Source: Pseudomonadota bacterium (GTDB taxonomy: Bacteria > Bdellovibrionota_B > Oligoflexia > Oligoflexales > CAIMVM01). Taken from it: a stretch of DNA of 64,000 nucleotides. Position 1 is the first letter of the stretch. Every line of letters starts with the position of its first letter. A model generated the notes under the pieces. The model was not told the origin of the DNA. It searched no databases and was given only the letters and a program-made list of their open reading frames with translations. Shown in pieces: positions 18,126 to 28,042 of the stretch. The stretch lies in NCBI GenBank assembly GCA_037142195.1, contig JBAXBA010000003.1, forward strand, positions 24,104 through 88,103, written 5' to 3'. The position numbers and the translations under genes were made by a program.

Positions 18126-19730
18126 ATGACTTCTTCTATCAAGCAGATGGGCACGTTTGCCTTTTTAGTTTTTTCTATTCTGAATGTCGCGGGGTACTCT
18201 CCTGTATTTGCAGAGACAGCACATCATACTAAAGAAAAGCCTTCACAAACGGACCATCAGGAAGCAAATGCAAAAACACTCTCTGATATTGCCCCGAAAG
18301 ATGCTGCGTTTGTCAAAAAAAGCACGACTATCGAAGTTCAAGATGGGGCTACCATTACTCTAATCGCAAGCATTGTAAAACAAAAAATAGGAAATCGCTT
18401 GGTCAAGCGCTTAGCCTATAATGGCATGATTCCAGGGCCTATTCTTAAAGCTAAGGTCGGGACCTCTATCTCCTTAAAGGTGATCAATCGTACAAATATT
18501 GAAACCACCTTGCATTCCCATGGCCTACGTCTTGGCTATTTAAATGACGGCGTGCCAGGCGTGGGGCAAGCGCCGATTAAGCCAGGGGAGGAATTTGTCT
18601 ATAAGATCACCTTTCCTGATACAGGTCTATTTTGGTACCATCCGCACATAAGAGAAGACTACGCTCAAGAGATGGGGCTTTACGGCTCTTATGTCGTAAC
18701 TCCGGTAGACCCCAAGTATTACAATCCAGTAGACCGGGAAGAAAATATTATACTGGATGACTTAAATTTGAATTCTCAAGGCCAAATGCCCAAGTTCCTG
18801 CAAGAGGAAACCAATTATGCGCTGATGGGGCGATTTGGAAATATCCTTTTAGCGAATAACGACCCCAAGTACCAAATAAAGGTTCGCGAAGGAGAGGTGG
18901 TACGTTTTCTTTTAACGAACGCCTCCAATACTCGGGTCTACCGACTATCTGCTAAAGGCGTTTCTTTGAAAAAGATTGCCTCTGATCAGAGTCGTTATGA
19001 AAAAGAGGAAAATATCGAGGAAGCGGTGCTTGCGCCTGCTGAGCGCCTTGTTGTCGAGGCTTATTTTCCAAAGTCAGGTGAGTTTTCCTTTGAGCATAGA
19101 GGATCAAGCAAGAGTCAAACTCTGTTTAAAGTCCAAGTAAAAAAACAAAAAGGCTTTGTTGCCCAAAATGTCAAAGACTTTCAAAATCTAAGATCCCTAA
19201 CTGAAATCACTAAAGAAATGGAATCGGTTCGCAAATTACAAGATTCTAAGCCCGAAAAAGAAATTGTACTTTCTGTAACTATCCCCGAAGCCTTAAAAGA
19301 ACACATGAAGCATATGAATCACGGCAGCGCGCCCGCCATAGAGTGGGACGATCCCATGGAGTCCATGAATTACGAATCGACTTCGAAAGATATTTTTTGG
19401 AAAATCATCGACAAGTCTTCAGGGAAAACGAATATGGACATCGACTGGAAGTTTAAGCTCAATTCCCTGACTAAAATCAGAATCTACAATGACCCCAACT
19501 CAGATCATCCCATGCACCACCCCATCCATTTTCACGGTCAACGCTTTGTAGTTACTGCACTAGACGGCAAACCCCTAGACAATCTTGTCTGGAAAGACAC
19601 AGCCCTCGTGCCTAACGGAAGTACCATGGATATCGTGCTCGATGCCTCTAACCCCGGCAAATGGATGGCCCATTGCCACATTGCAGAACACCTGCATTCA
19701 GGGATGATGCTGGGATTTGATGTGATGTAA
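18126..19730 (+). CDS. Multicopper oxidase (three cupredoxin domains)
   Basis: HSHG, WYHPH, HPIHFHG and HCHIAEHLHSGMM copper motifs, plus a signal peptide. Confidence 0.95.
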   Translation: MTSSIKQMGTFAFLVFSILNVAGYSPVFAETAHHTKEKPSQTDHQEANAKTLSDIAPKDAAFVKKSTTIEVQDGATITLIASIVKQKIGNRLVKRLAYNGMIPGPILKAKVGTSISLKVINRTNIETTLHSHGLRLGYLNDGVPGVGQAPIKPGEEFVYKITFPDTGLFWYHPHIREDYAQEMGLYGSYVVTPVDPKYYNPVDREENIILDDLNLNSQGQMPKFLQEETNYALMGRFGNILLANNDPKYQIKVREGEVVRFLLTNASNTRVYRLSAKGVSLKKIASDQSRYEKEENIEEAVLAPAERLVVEAYFPKSGEFSFEHRGSSKSQTLFKVQVKKQKGFVAQNVKDFQNLRSLTEITKEMESVRKLQDSKPEKEIVLSVTIPEALKEHMKHMNHGSAPAIEWDDPMESMNYESTSKDIFWKIIDKSSGKTNMDIDWKFKLNSLTKIRIYNDPNSDHPMHHPIHFHGQRFVVTALDGKPLDNLVWKDTALVPNGSTMDIVLDASNPGKWMAHCHIAEHLHSGMMLGFDVM

Positions 19731-19994
19731 TTCTCTGTTTTACGGATAAAGGTAGAGCGCCCAAGACAATATCTAAAGGGCCTCAACCCTACATCATGCC
19801 AAGTGCAACCGGCAAAACCTTAATACTAAACCAGAAGAGACAAAATGCACCTGTAAAGCCCATGACTCACAGAACAAGCACGCCCATGCCACATAACTTT
19901 TTCTGAAAATTTCTGATTAATATCTTGAAAACAAGAACCAAGCAGTTATCAGGTAATGGACTGCGATATATTCCCAAGATACTCATTTTTCGAT

Positions 19995-20444
19995 TTAGAA
20001 ATAACAAGTCCCGTCATCTACTTCAGACTTTAGAATTCCGTAGGGAGCTCCTCCAGAAGTATAGCCCGCAATATATGCGAATTCAGATTCCCATTCACTG
20101 AGAAAACATTCGTCTTCAGCGTCTTTTTTTGCTAATTCTTCCGCTTTTTTTGCCTTTCGTCTTTGGCGCCCTAAAGCTTCTTGCGCAACAGACTCTCGAA
20201 TCTGAGCCTCCAAGTTTGAAGGCACTTTAAAACCAAGCATTTTAATTTCCGCTAGTGCGCAAAGCAAATCGACGCCAAACCATCTTCGGTAGCCTGCTAT
20301 GGGATTTTTTCCTGAGTACTTTTCTAACCAAGACGTCGACTTTGCGGACTTGAGTCTTTGCATTCGATTCATGTTTTTTCTACGTGGACCATTACTTGTA
20401 GATTTTCTTTTTTTGGCCATTTCACTCTCATTAAAGTAAGCCAT
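19995..20444 (-). CDS. Conserved hypothetical basic protein
   Basis: 149-aa ORF. GYRRWFGVDLLCA and FAYIAGYTSGGAPYG resemble an uncharacterised family recalled from memory. Confidence 0.7.
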   Translation of the reverse strand: MAYFNESEMAKKRKSTSNGPRRKNMNRMQRLKSAKSTSWLEKYSGKNPIAGYRRWFGVDLLCALAEIKMLGFKVPSNLEAQIRESVAQEALGRQRRKAKKAEELAKKDAEDECFLSEWESEFAYIAGYTSGGAPYGILKSEVDDGTCYF

Positions 20445-20714
20445 AGGGGCGCGAATTCAACCGCCCCGCATACCAATTTCTAGTGCTCTCGAGCTAAAAA
20501 GTCTATTGGATAAAACCAGATCCTCTGGGCAGAAGCAGGCAGCAGAATCTGTTCTGCTTGATTCCTCGTCATCTTTCTTGCCTACGCATCAAAAATGGAG
20601 TTACATCCATCTCTGCAAGGCTACATACTGCGCCTGTCGTTAGCAGTCACGCAGACCGGATTTCCAGTGACTAGAACAAGCTGAATTGCAAAACCGCATC
20701 AATTGACAGCTCCT

Positions 20715-20785
20715 ACAGCAAACGGACAGCAAACGGACAGCAAACGGACAGCAAACGGACAGCAAACGGACAGCAAACGGACAGC
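20715..20785. repeat. 11-bp perfect tandem repeat (acagcaaacgg) x6 plus a partial copy
   Basis: Counted directly. There are no spacers. Confidence 0.95.
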
Positions 20786-20923
20786 GCACTTTCTAATCTT
20801 TAAGCTCTGCTTCCAGTGTTACCAGCCAAAATAAACAAAACGGTGTAATCCCCTCTTCGAACGCGCTTAAAACCCCCTTGGTTTCGGTCGAAAGCACGAT
20901 GGCAATGTAGATTTGCCCGGCAT

Positions 20924-22087
20924 TTAGCTCCACATTCCCCATGGCAAAACACCCACTCCACCAGCCTTTGGTGGAGCCTCGATGCGATCAGTAGGGGCAA
21001 TCAGATATCCGTTTTTAGCGTCCAAAGCAGCCATAGCCCCGCGCAATGCCCGCTCCTGAAATGCGCGCTGGTTGAGGGATGTCACAATTTTCATAGGAAT
21101 ATTATCCCAGACCCAGTCAACCACAGTTCCGCGAGCGCTTTTGAAATATTGGCGATTATCTGACACGCCGACATAACCCATAAGCGCTGAGGTCTCATTC
21201 CACAAAGCGTGACGAATCAGACTAAGTGTTGCCTGGTCTGATTTGTTATTTCCGATACAGTACCCAGCCAGTCCTGAATCCCCTAACACCCATACATCTT
21301 TACCCACACCGCGCTCATGGCAACTAATTCGGCGAACCATAAATATTGTCTCCATTGCCTCTAAATAATTGCGAAGTCGCCTACTATCGATCTCAAAATG
21401 AGACAATGTAGGCATTTCGCCATCTGCCATGACCCGACCCATTGTTCGCAAAATTAATTTAGTAATTTCTGGCTGATATGATTTTTTGAAGCAAATTGCC
21501 AAATCTCGGTAGATCGTGGTTTCTAGCCAACCCTTCCAATAATCTTTAACTTGGTTTTCATCTCTTAAAAACATAGGAACGGGCATGCCACCCTTTGAAG
21601 AATGCTGTAATACACTTTCCCAAGAAAACCTTGGAGCGGAGCTCAACTTAGGAAGAGATGGCAACGGCGGATACTTCTGCGCCTCTGCTAGCGTCATAGG
21701 AAAAAGTTGACACAGCCCAATTCGACCGGTTAATGACTCTCTAATTCCGACACGATCGGAAAACTGGGTTGATCCCGTTATGTAAAATTGACCTGGAACC
21801 CTCTTTTTATCGACCAAAAGTTTTATGGCATCAAAAAGCTTTGGCGCCTTTTGAATTTCATCAATTATCAATGGCAACAACTGCCGCGCTATAAAAACCT
21901 TTGGTGCGGCATGCGCCGCAGTTAAGTGATCGTCATCGTCGAGTGTAACATAACTGCTAATTTGCAGTTGGTCTCGAAGCATTGTGGTTTTTCCAGACTG
22001 CCTAAGCCCCACCACACCGACGACGGGCCATAACTTGCCCTGGCGCTTTAGGTGGGCTTTCAAAAACCGAGCTCTTTCATGTGCCAT
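20924..22087 (-). CDS. AAA_14 ATPase with DUF4143-like C-terminal region
   Basis: GLRQSGKTT Walker A, IIDEIQK Walker B, FYITGS, ESLTGR, GGMP and D.GL motifs. Confidence 0.85.
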   Translation of the reverse strand: MAHERARFLKAHLKRQGKLWPVVGVVGLRQSGKTTMLRDQLQISSYVTLDDDDHLTAAHAAPKVFIARQLLPLIIDEIQKAPKLFDAIKLLVDKKRVPGQFYITGSTQFSDRVGIRESLTGRIGLCQLFPMTLAEAQKYPPLPSLPKLSSAPRFSWESVLQHSSKGGMPVPMFLRDENQVKDYWKGWLETTIYRDLAICFKKSYQPEITKLILRTMGRVMADGEMPTLSHFEIDSRRLRNYLEAMETIFMVRRISCHERGVGKDVWVLGDSGLAGYCIGNNKSDQATLSLIRHALWNETSALMGYVGVSDNRQYFKSARGTVVDWVWDNIPMKIVTSLNQRAFQERALRGAMAALDAKNGYLIAPTDRIEAPPKAGGVGVLPWGMWS

Positions 22088-22116
22088 ATTTTGGCAGACC
22101 TCCCCATTCCTGTCCC

Positions 22117-22167
22117 TTAAGTAATATCATTAAATGACTTTAAATGTCAAATAATGATATCACTTAA
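22117..22167. promoter_or_regulatory. Long imperfect inverted repeat overlapping the promoter of the AAA gene
   Basis: The left arm ttaagtaatatcattaaatgac matches the reverse complement of the right arm, ttaagtgatatcattatttgac (19/22). It contains TTGACA on the minus strand. Confidence 0.65.
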
Positions 22168-23216
22168 AAACAGAACATCTAAAAAACAACAAGAGTTCAA
22201 TTTCGGTTGAAACTCGCACGCCGCGCTTTGAAACGAAAAATATGAGGTTTTATCGCTGAATACTCTTTGAATTACCACCAACACACCTGAATTCACGCCC
22301 AGCGCCCTATTTATAAATTTCCAATAGTTTCGTGAAATTTTCGTTTCGTTCCAACCTGCTGCTCGATCTATACAACACCACTTCGAATACAATTTAGTAG
22401 GATTAAAATCTAAGGAAATATCAGAGTACCGGCGTTATGACCCTCGGTCTAAAAATCTTGTTGCGGCTTCTGACGACGTACCTAAGTTTTTGAAGCTTGG
22501 GATTTCCTTAACAACTTTTCGGGAGTGCAAGAAGAATGGGGTAAGGTAATTCTTAGCGAGTCCTGAACGCTAGTTAAGTATTTCCGAACTTCTCCATGAA
22601 AATATGGATTTAAAAGCAAAGCTCGCTGCAGGTACTACAGAACATGGACTCACATTGACTACAACAAAAATTTTAGGTTTTAAAGTACAGTTTAAAAGAC
22701 TTCGCTCTTCAGGAGCTTAGGAAAACATTCTCGCTGCGATCAAAGTGGCCTCTGATTCGAAGTCACTTTCGGAGTATCTTTCTGCAATTGGACTAATGGC
22801 AGCCAGATATCACAATCAAATAAAATGCGACATGAAATTTCTACTTTACGATAGAGTAAGCTTCCTGCGAGGCTCTCCTACACAATTGATTCGCTATGAA
22901 ATCAGAAAGTTTCAGAGCCACTATACATCTTAGAGATTTTAGCTACTATATGTTTCAGGCTTTAAGCCGGCTGGGAAAGAAAACGGGCGAAGTGAGGCAT
23001 CTCCTTCAATCTAGTTACCAAAATCCCCATGTCTTTGAAGGCAATATCTGCCCGAATACCAATAATTTGACTTCAAACACACAAAGACCCTGAACTGGCG
23101 CAGTGTCTTTTACCATGAAAAAATCTCGGACTTTCTTGGAAAGTCCGAGAAGGTTCTGGCAAATTAAAAAAAGAACACAGCCCAAACCTGTCAAGCACTT
23201 AGATGTTGTTTTCCAT

Positions 23217-23561
23217 TTACCTGAAAACTTCATTCATGATCCAGCGATGGGCTAAAAAACTTATTAGGAGCAGAGACAGTCCCAAACCATAGCACGACCA
23301 AAATGACAGCTTGAACCTTTCGGCGACCAAAAAAGGAAGAAAAAACCCAAGTGTAAGAGGAACCCCGACAAAAATACTTTTTGCTAGAGCGAAAGTATCA
23401 CCGACGTTATTTCCTTGAATCTTGGAAAGAGCTAGGACTATGAGTGTGGACAAAGGCAAAGAGATTATAAATCCGCCTAGCACCGAATTGGCTTTAGCAA
23501 TCCAGAGTGTTGCCGAAATGAGGGATGCCGATAGCATCAAATTTAATAAAAACTGCTGCAT
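23217..23561 (-). CDS. Small membrane protein (DUF3147-like)
   Basis: Four hydrophobic segments and GGFIISLPL. It follows the acyl-CoA dehydrogenase gene by 16 bp. Confidence 0.65.
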   Translation of the reverse strand: MQQFLLNLMLSASLISATLWIAKANSVLGGFIISLPLSTLIVLALSKIQGNNVGDTFALAKSIFVGVPLTLGFFLPFLVAERFKLSFWSCYGLGLSLLLISFLAHRWIMNEVFR

Positions 23562-23577
23562 AAATGGAGTTTCCTAT

Positions 23578-24741
23578 TTACTGAAAGGCAGCCGAACCCG
23601 TGACTTGCTGACCGACGATTAAAGTGTGTATATCGTTTGTGCCTTCATAGGTGTAAACCGACTCTAAATTGCAAGCGTGTCGCATAGATCGATACTCTAA
23701 GCTAATGCCATTAGCCCCTAATATATCGCGGGCTGTTCGAGCCGTTTCTAAAGAGATTTTGACGTTGTTTTGCTTGGCCATGGAAACTGCCGCATGGTGG
23801 AGCGAGCCATTATCTTTTAAACGTGCCAGCTGAAACGCTGCAAGATTTCCAAGAGAGAGATCCGTCGCCATTTTAGCAAGCTTTGCTTGAACCAGCTGAA
23901 AAGAGGAGAGGGGGCGATCAAACATGATACGATCTCTCGAATAGCTCGTAGCTTCCTCTAAACAATCTTCTCCAGCACCTAAAGCCCCCCATGCAATGCC
24001 AAATCTGGCCTGATTGAGACACATCAAAGCACTCTTAAGGCCTTCTGTTTTAGGGAGAATATTCTCTAACGGCACTTCGCACTGGTCAAAAAACAAAGAT
24101 CCCGTAACCGAGGCCCGAAGAGAGAGCTTGCGAGTGATTTCTGCCGTGGTAAATCCTGGTGTACCTTTTTCTACTAAAAAACCACGGATTCCATCTTCCG
24201 TTCTCGCCCACACGACTGCTACATCGGCGACGGACGCAGAGGTGATCCAAGTTTTGGAGCCGTGAAGAACCCAAGAGTTCTTTTTTCTAGTTGCCGTTGT
24301 AATCATGCCAGCAGGATTCGAGCCAAAATTAGGCTCAGTCAATCCAAAACACCCAATGGCCGATCCCCTTGCAAGTTGCGGAAGCCATTTTTCTTTTTGT
24401 GCATCCGATCCAAATGTAAACAAAGGATACATCACCAATGCTCCCTGCACAGATGCAAAACTCCTAAGCCCGGAGTCGCCTCGTTCCAGCTCTTTCATGA
24501 TGAGGCCGTAGGAGACGGAATCCAGTCCCGCACAGCCGTAGCCAGTGAGAGTCGATCCTAAAAGACCAAGATCGCCTAATCTTTTAGGGATATGACTGGG
24601 AAAGACTCCCCTCTCAAAAGCGTCTTCAATAAGGGGCTGATACTCTTCTTTTACAAACTTTCGAGCAGTCTCCTGAACGAGCCTTTGTTCTGAAGTTAAG
24701 TCTTTAAAGATATCAAGAAAATCATAGGAGTTTACGTTCAT
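23578..24741 (-). CDS. Acyl-CoA dehydrogenase, glutaryl-CoA dehydrogenase-like
   Basis: ELERGDSGLRSFASVQGALVMYP, GCFGLTEPNFGSNP and NLESVYTYEGT are GcdH-type signatures. Confidence 0.9.
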   Translation of the reverse strand: MNVNSYDFLDIFKDLTSEQRLVQETARKFVKEEYQPLIEDAFERGVFPSHIPKRLGDLGLLGSTLTGYGCAGLDSVSYGLIMKELERGDSGLRSFASVQGALVMYPLFTFGSDAQKEKWLPQLARGSAIGCFGLTEPNFGSNPAGMITTATRKKNSWVLHGSKTWITSASVADVAVVWARTEDGIRGFLVEKGTPGFTTAEITRKLSLRASVTGSLFFDQCEVPLENILPKTEGLKSALMCLNQARFGIAWGALGAGEDCLEEATSYSRDRIMFDRPLSSFQLVQAKLAKMATDLSLGNLAAFQLARLKDNGSLHHAAVSMAKQNNVKISLETARTARDILGANGISLEYRSMRHACNLESVYTYEGTNDIHTLIVGQQVTGSAAFQ

Positions 24742-24744
24742 GAT

Positions 24745-26400
24745 CTATTCCTCTTTGAGCATGGGGATAGAAATACCTTGGATTCTTGCCGTCACTTCGG
24801 CCTCTTCATAGCCTGCATCCACGTGGCGAACCACGCCCATCCCCGGATCACTGGTCAAAACTCTATCCAGGCGCTTAGCGGCGGCATCAGTCCCATCGGC
24901 GACAATAACCATTCCCGCATGAAGGGAGTACCCCATCCCGACGCCACCTCCATGATGAAAGCTTACCCAGCTCGCTCCGTTCACGGCATTTATCAGACAG
25001 TTTAGAATCGGCCAGTCTCCTACAGCATCACTGCCATCTTTCATGGCTTCTGTTTCTCGATTAGGGCTTGCCACCGAGCCGCAGTCCAAGTGATCTCGGC
25101 CAATAACAATGGGAGCCGACACTTTTCCTTCTGCAACAAGACGGTTGATCAGCAGACCGGCTTTGAGGCGATCTCCATAGCCAAACCAACAAATCCGAGC
25201 GGGAAGACCCTGGAAGGCGACTCTTTCTTTGGCGGCTTTCATCCAACGGGCAAGCTTGATATCATCAGGAAAAGCTTCTAACAAAGCTTGATCAATCACT
25301 TCGATATCTTTAGGGTCGCCACTGAGAGCCACCCATCGAAAGGGGCCCGACCCTCTGCAGAATAGAGGTCGAATATACAAAGGAACAAATCCTTTAATTT
25401 GAAAGGCCTCTTTAAAACCACCTTTAATAGCCTGAGCCCGAATGTTGTTACCGTAATCAAATACTTTTGCCCCACGCCTCTGAGCCTCAACCATAGCTTC
25501 CACATGCTCCGCCATAGTTCGGTAGGATTCTTGCTTGTAGATTTCTGGATGATCTTTGCGCAAGATTTTAGATTCTGAAAGTGTTCTTCCGTTGGGGATA
25601 TATCCATTCAGCTCGTCATGGGCTGAGGTCTGGTCTGTTACAATATCCGGAACCATGTTTAGGGCCAATAACTCTTTTAAGACATCGCCCGCAAAACCCA
25701 CAAGACCTATGGAAACAGCTTCTTTCTTGGATTGGGCTTCACGTACCCAAGCCAAAGCTGTAGAAAGATCTGGAGCCAACTTATCCAGGTAGCGAGACGC
25801 CACGCGCTTTTGGATTCTTTCTGGATCAATATCTACCCCTAGAAATACCCCGCCTGCTATAACCGCAGCAAGTGGTTGAGCCCCGCCCATTCCGCCAAGC
25901 CCCCCTGAATAAACAAATCTACCCGCAAGGCTCCCGCCAAAATGTTGATCGGCACAAGCTGCAAACGTCTCATAGGTCCCCTGCAAAATACCTTGAGTTC
26001 CAATGTAGATCCAAGATCCCGCGGTCATCTGGCCGTACATCATAAGGCCCTTTTTCTCGAGCTCGAGAAAGTGATCCCAATTGGCCCAATTTCCGACAAG
26101 GTTGGAATTGGCAATAAGCACCCTAGGAGCATCCTTGTGACTTTTGAAGACGGCAACCGGCTTACCAGATTGCACCAGAAGGGTCTCTTCCTCTGTAAGT
26201 TTCTTTAAACTTGCAACAATACTGTCATAGGATTCCCAATTCCGCGCTGCTTTTCCGGTGCCACCATAAACCACCAAGTTTTCTGGATCTTCAGCAACCT
26301 CAGGATCTAGATTATTCATCAGCATACGCAGAGCGGCTTCCTGCACCCACCCTTTCGTATTTAAAGTCTTGCCTCTTGGAGCACTAATTACACGCGTCAT
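24745..26400 (-). CDS. hutU: Urocanate hydratase
   Basis: [53 protein letters not shown] and [11 protein letters not shown] motifs. Confidence 0.98.
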   Translation of the reverse strand: MTRVISAPRGKTLNTKGWVQEAALRMLMNNLDPEVAEDPENLVVYGGTGKAARNWESYDSIVASLKKLTEEETLLVQSGKPVAVFKSHKDAPRVLIANSNLVGNWANWDHFLELEKKGLMMYGQMTAGSWIYIGTQGILQGTYETFAACADQHFGGSLAGRFVYSGGLGGMGGAQPLAAVIAGGVFLGVDIDPERIQKRVASRYLDKLAPDLSTALAWVREAQSKKEAVSIGLVGFAGDVLKELLALNMVPDIVTDQTSAHDELNGYIPNGRTLSESKILRKDHPEIYKQESYRTMAEHVEAMVEAQRRGAKVFDYGNNIRAQAIKGGFKEAFQIKGFVPLYIRPLFCRGSGPFRWVALSGDPKDIEVIDQALLEAFPDDIKLARWMKAAKERVAFQGLPARICWFGYGDRLKAGLLINRLVAEGKVSAPIVIGRDHLDCGSVASPNRETEAMKDGSDAVGDWPILNCLINAVNGASWVSFHHGGGVGMGYSLHAGMVIVADGTDAAAKRLDRVLTSDPGMGVVRHVDAGYEEAEVTARIQGISIPMLKEE

Positions 26401-26844
26401 ATGGACCTCACTGGTTGCGGATTCTCAAATCTCGTTCTATAGAATTGCCAAAAAAATGGATGAAGTTTGAAAAAAGCATTTTTCTTAAGCCTTCCTAAAA
26501 CCTTCCACTCTTTTCACTCTGTTTTTTATCGTTACCAAAAAACAAATTCCTTCGCTCACTATTAGCGTAAAACATCGTAGACCGTTGCGCTATAATTTTT
26601 GTTTGAAGCAGCAGTCTAAGGCTTGTCTGTTTTTAAAGCACTTAAAGAGGCATCTGCTGCTCTTCTTTTAAAAATAGGCCCGCAAGCCCCTCCTAATGTC
26701 ACGCCAGAAACCGGCCCTATGAGCCGATGATGAAAATGTTCTCTACGTTCGCTACAGAAGTCATGAGAACCATGCAAAAAAAACTCGCATTCTAAGTCTA
26801 TTGGTTTAAAATCTTAGGATTCAAATTTCATTAGGATTCCCATC

Positions 26845-27387
26845 ATGAAAATAGCTCAAGCCTCCCTATTAGCTCTAGGAGTCATGTTTTCCCTCCCTTT
26901 GAGGGCTGAAATCCTGAGTGTCGGTGCTCCCCTTCCGAAGTTGACCCTTGAAGGAAAAGATGGCGGCAAAATCGATGGTTCGACTTGGTCGACAGCAGAG
27001 CTCCCAGGAAAGGCTTGGTCCTTGTTTTATGTAGACCCCGACGAGAAAGATATGAATAAAGAGGCCCAAGACGCCATAAAAGCTAAAAAATTTCCCCTTG
27101 AAAAGCTTCGTAGTGTAGCCATGGTAAATATGGCAGCAACAGTGATTCCTAATTTCTTGATAAGTGGCAAGATTGAAAAATCACAAAAAGAATACCCCAA
27201 TACAGTCTATGTAAAAGATATTCATAAGTTTGGTGTCAAGACTTGGGGACTTTCTGATGATTCTAGCAATGTGGTCATCATTGGAGCCGACGGCCTAGTA
27301 AAATACTTTTTTAAAGGAAAACTTCCCACTGATGAAATTAGCAAAATGCTAACAGTCATTGAAAAAACGGTAACGGAAGTTCCCTAA
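26845..27387 (+). CDS. YtfJ-family exported protein
   Basis: Signal peptide, W...L.GK...LFYVDPDEK and KEYP..VYVKD......WGL patterns. Confidence 0.75.
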   Translation: MKIAQASLLALGVMFSLPLRAEILSVGAPLPKLTLEGKDGGKIDGSTWSTAELPGKAWSLFYVDPDEKDMNKEAQDAIKAKKFPLEKLRSVAMVNMAATVIPNFLISGKIEKSQKEYPNTVYVKDIHKFGVKTWGLSDDSSNVVIIGADGLVKYFFKGKLPTDEISKMLTVIEKTVTEVP

Positions 27388-27616
27388 CGCCACATCGCAC
27401 CCCCCACTGTTTGGAATCAAGATTCAGGTCTTTTTCCAACAGATCCCCTCTAGGGACTTCACAGCCAAAGAACGCTACTAGAGGAAAAAATCGACTCACC
27501 ACTCGGCAGTCCAAACCTCGTCTTGTGCTACAAAATAAAACGAACGCACCATCTAATGGTCTGATATTTTTAGTTTTTTGATATTTTACACCCCTCCTGC
27601 GCCGCCCTCCCCCCAT

Positions 27617-27643
27617 TAAAGGAAACTCTCCTCCTTCCGATAC
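27617..27643 (+). promoter_or_regulatory. Sigma28 (FliA)-type promoter
   Basis: TAAA-N15-TCCGATAC about 40 bp upstream of the response regulator ATG. Confidence 0.6.
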
Positions 27644-27682
27644 CCTTAAGGCCTTATGGATTTCTGGAGGTTAGGAAGCGTT

Positions 27683-28042
27683 ATGACTTTTAAAATCATA
27701 TATTTGGATGACGAGTCTGATATTTGCGAAGACTTTGCACTCATCATGGAGTCAGAAACCATTCAAGTCATAACATTTAATTCACCCTTAGAACTCCTGC
27801 AGAAGATCGATAGTATTAAACCTGATCTTATCGTCTCCGACTATAGAATGCCCGGTCTAACAGGAATTGAACTTGCGAAGAAGCTCTCGCCCCAATTGCC
27901 TAAAGTGTTGCTAACCGGTGAGTTGAGCCTCAAAGACACTTCTGATTTTGTCAAAGTCTTTCAAAAGCCTTGTGATTTTAAAACGCTAAGAAATTTTCTT
28001 TATGAATTAGAAGCCAAAATCACAAAGGACCGCGCATCATGA
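27683..28042 (+). CDS. Single-domain response regulator (CheY-like receiver)
   Basis: YLDDE, SDYRMPGLTG, LTG and KP motifs. ATG 27683 has an RBS, while the ORF track starts at 27656. Confidence 0.9.
   Translation: MTFKIIYLDDESDICEDFALIMESETIQVITFNSPLELLQKIDSIKPDLIVSDYRMPGLTGIELAKKLSPQLPKVLLTGELSLKDTSDFVKVFQKPCDFKTLRNFLYELEAKITKDRAS

Noticed and set aside
20715..20785. Possible CRISPR array
   Set aside because: These are contiguous 11-bp units with no spacers, and there are no cas genes. The same applies to the 13-, 14- and 18-bp repeats.
22147..23233. Short ORFs or a decayed gene between the AAA gene and the DUF3147-like gene
   Set aside because: There are several short open stretches, but none could be assigned to a family.
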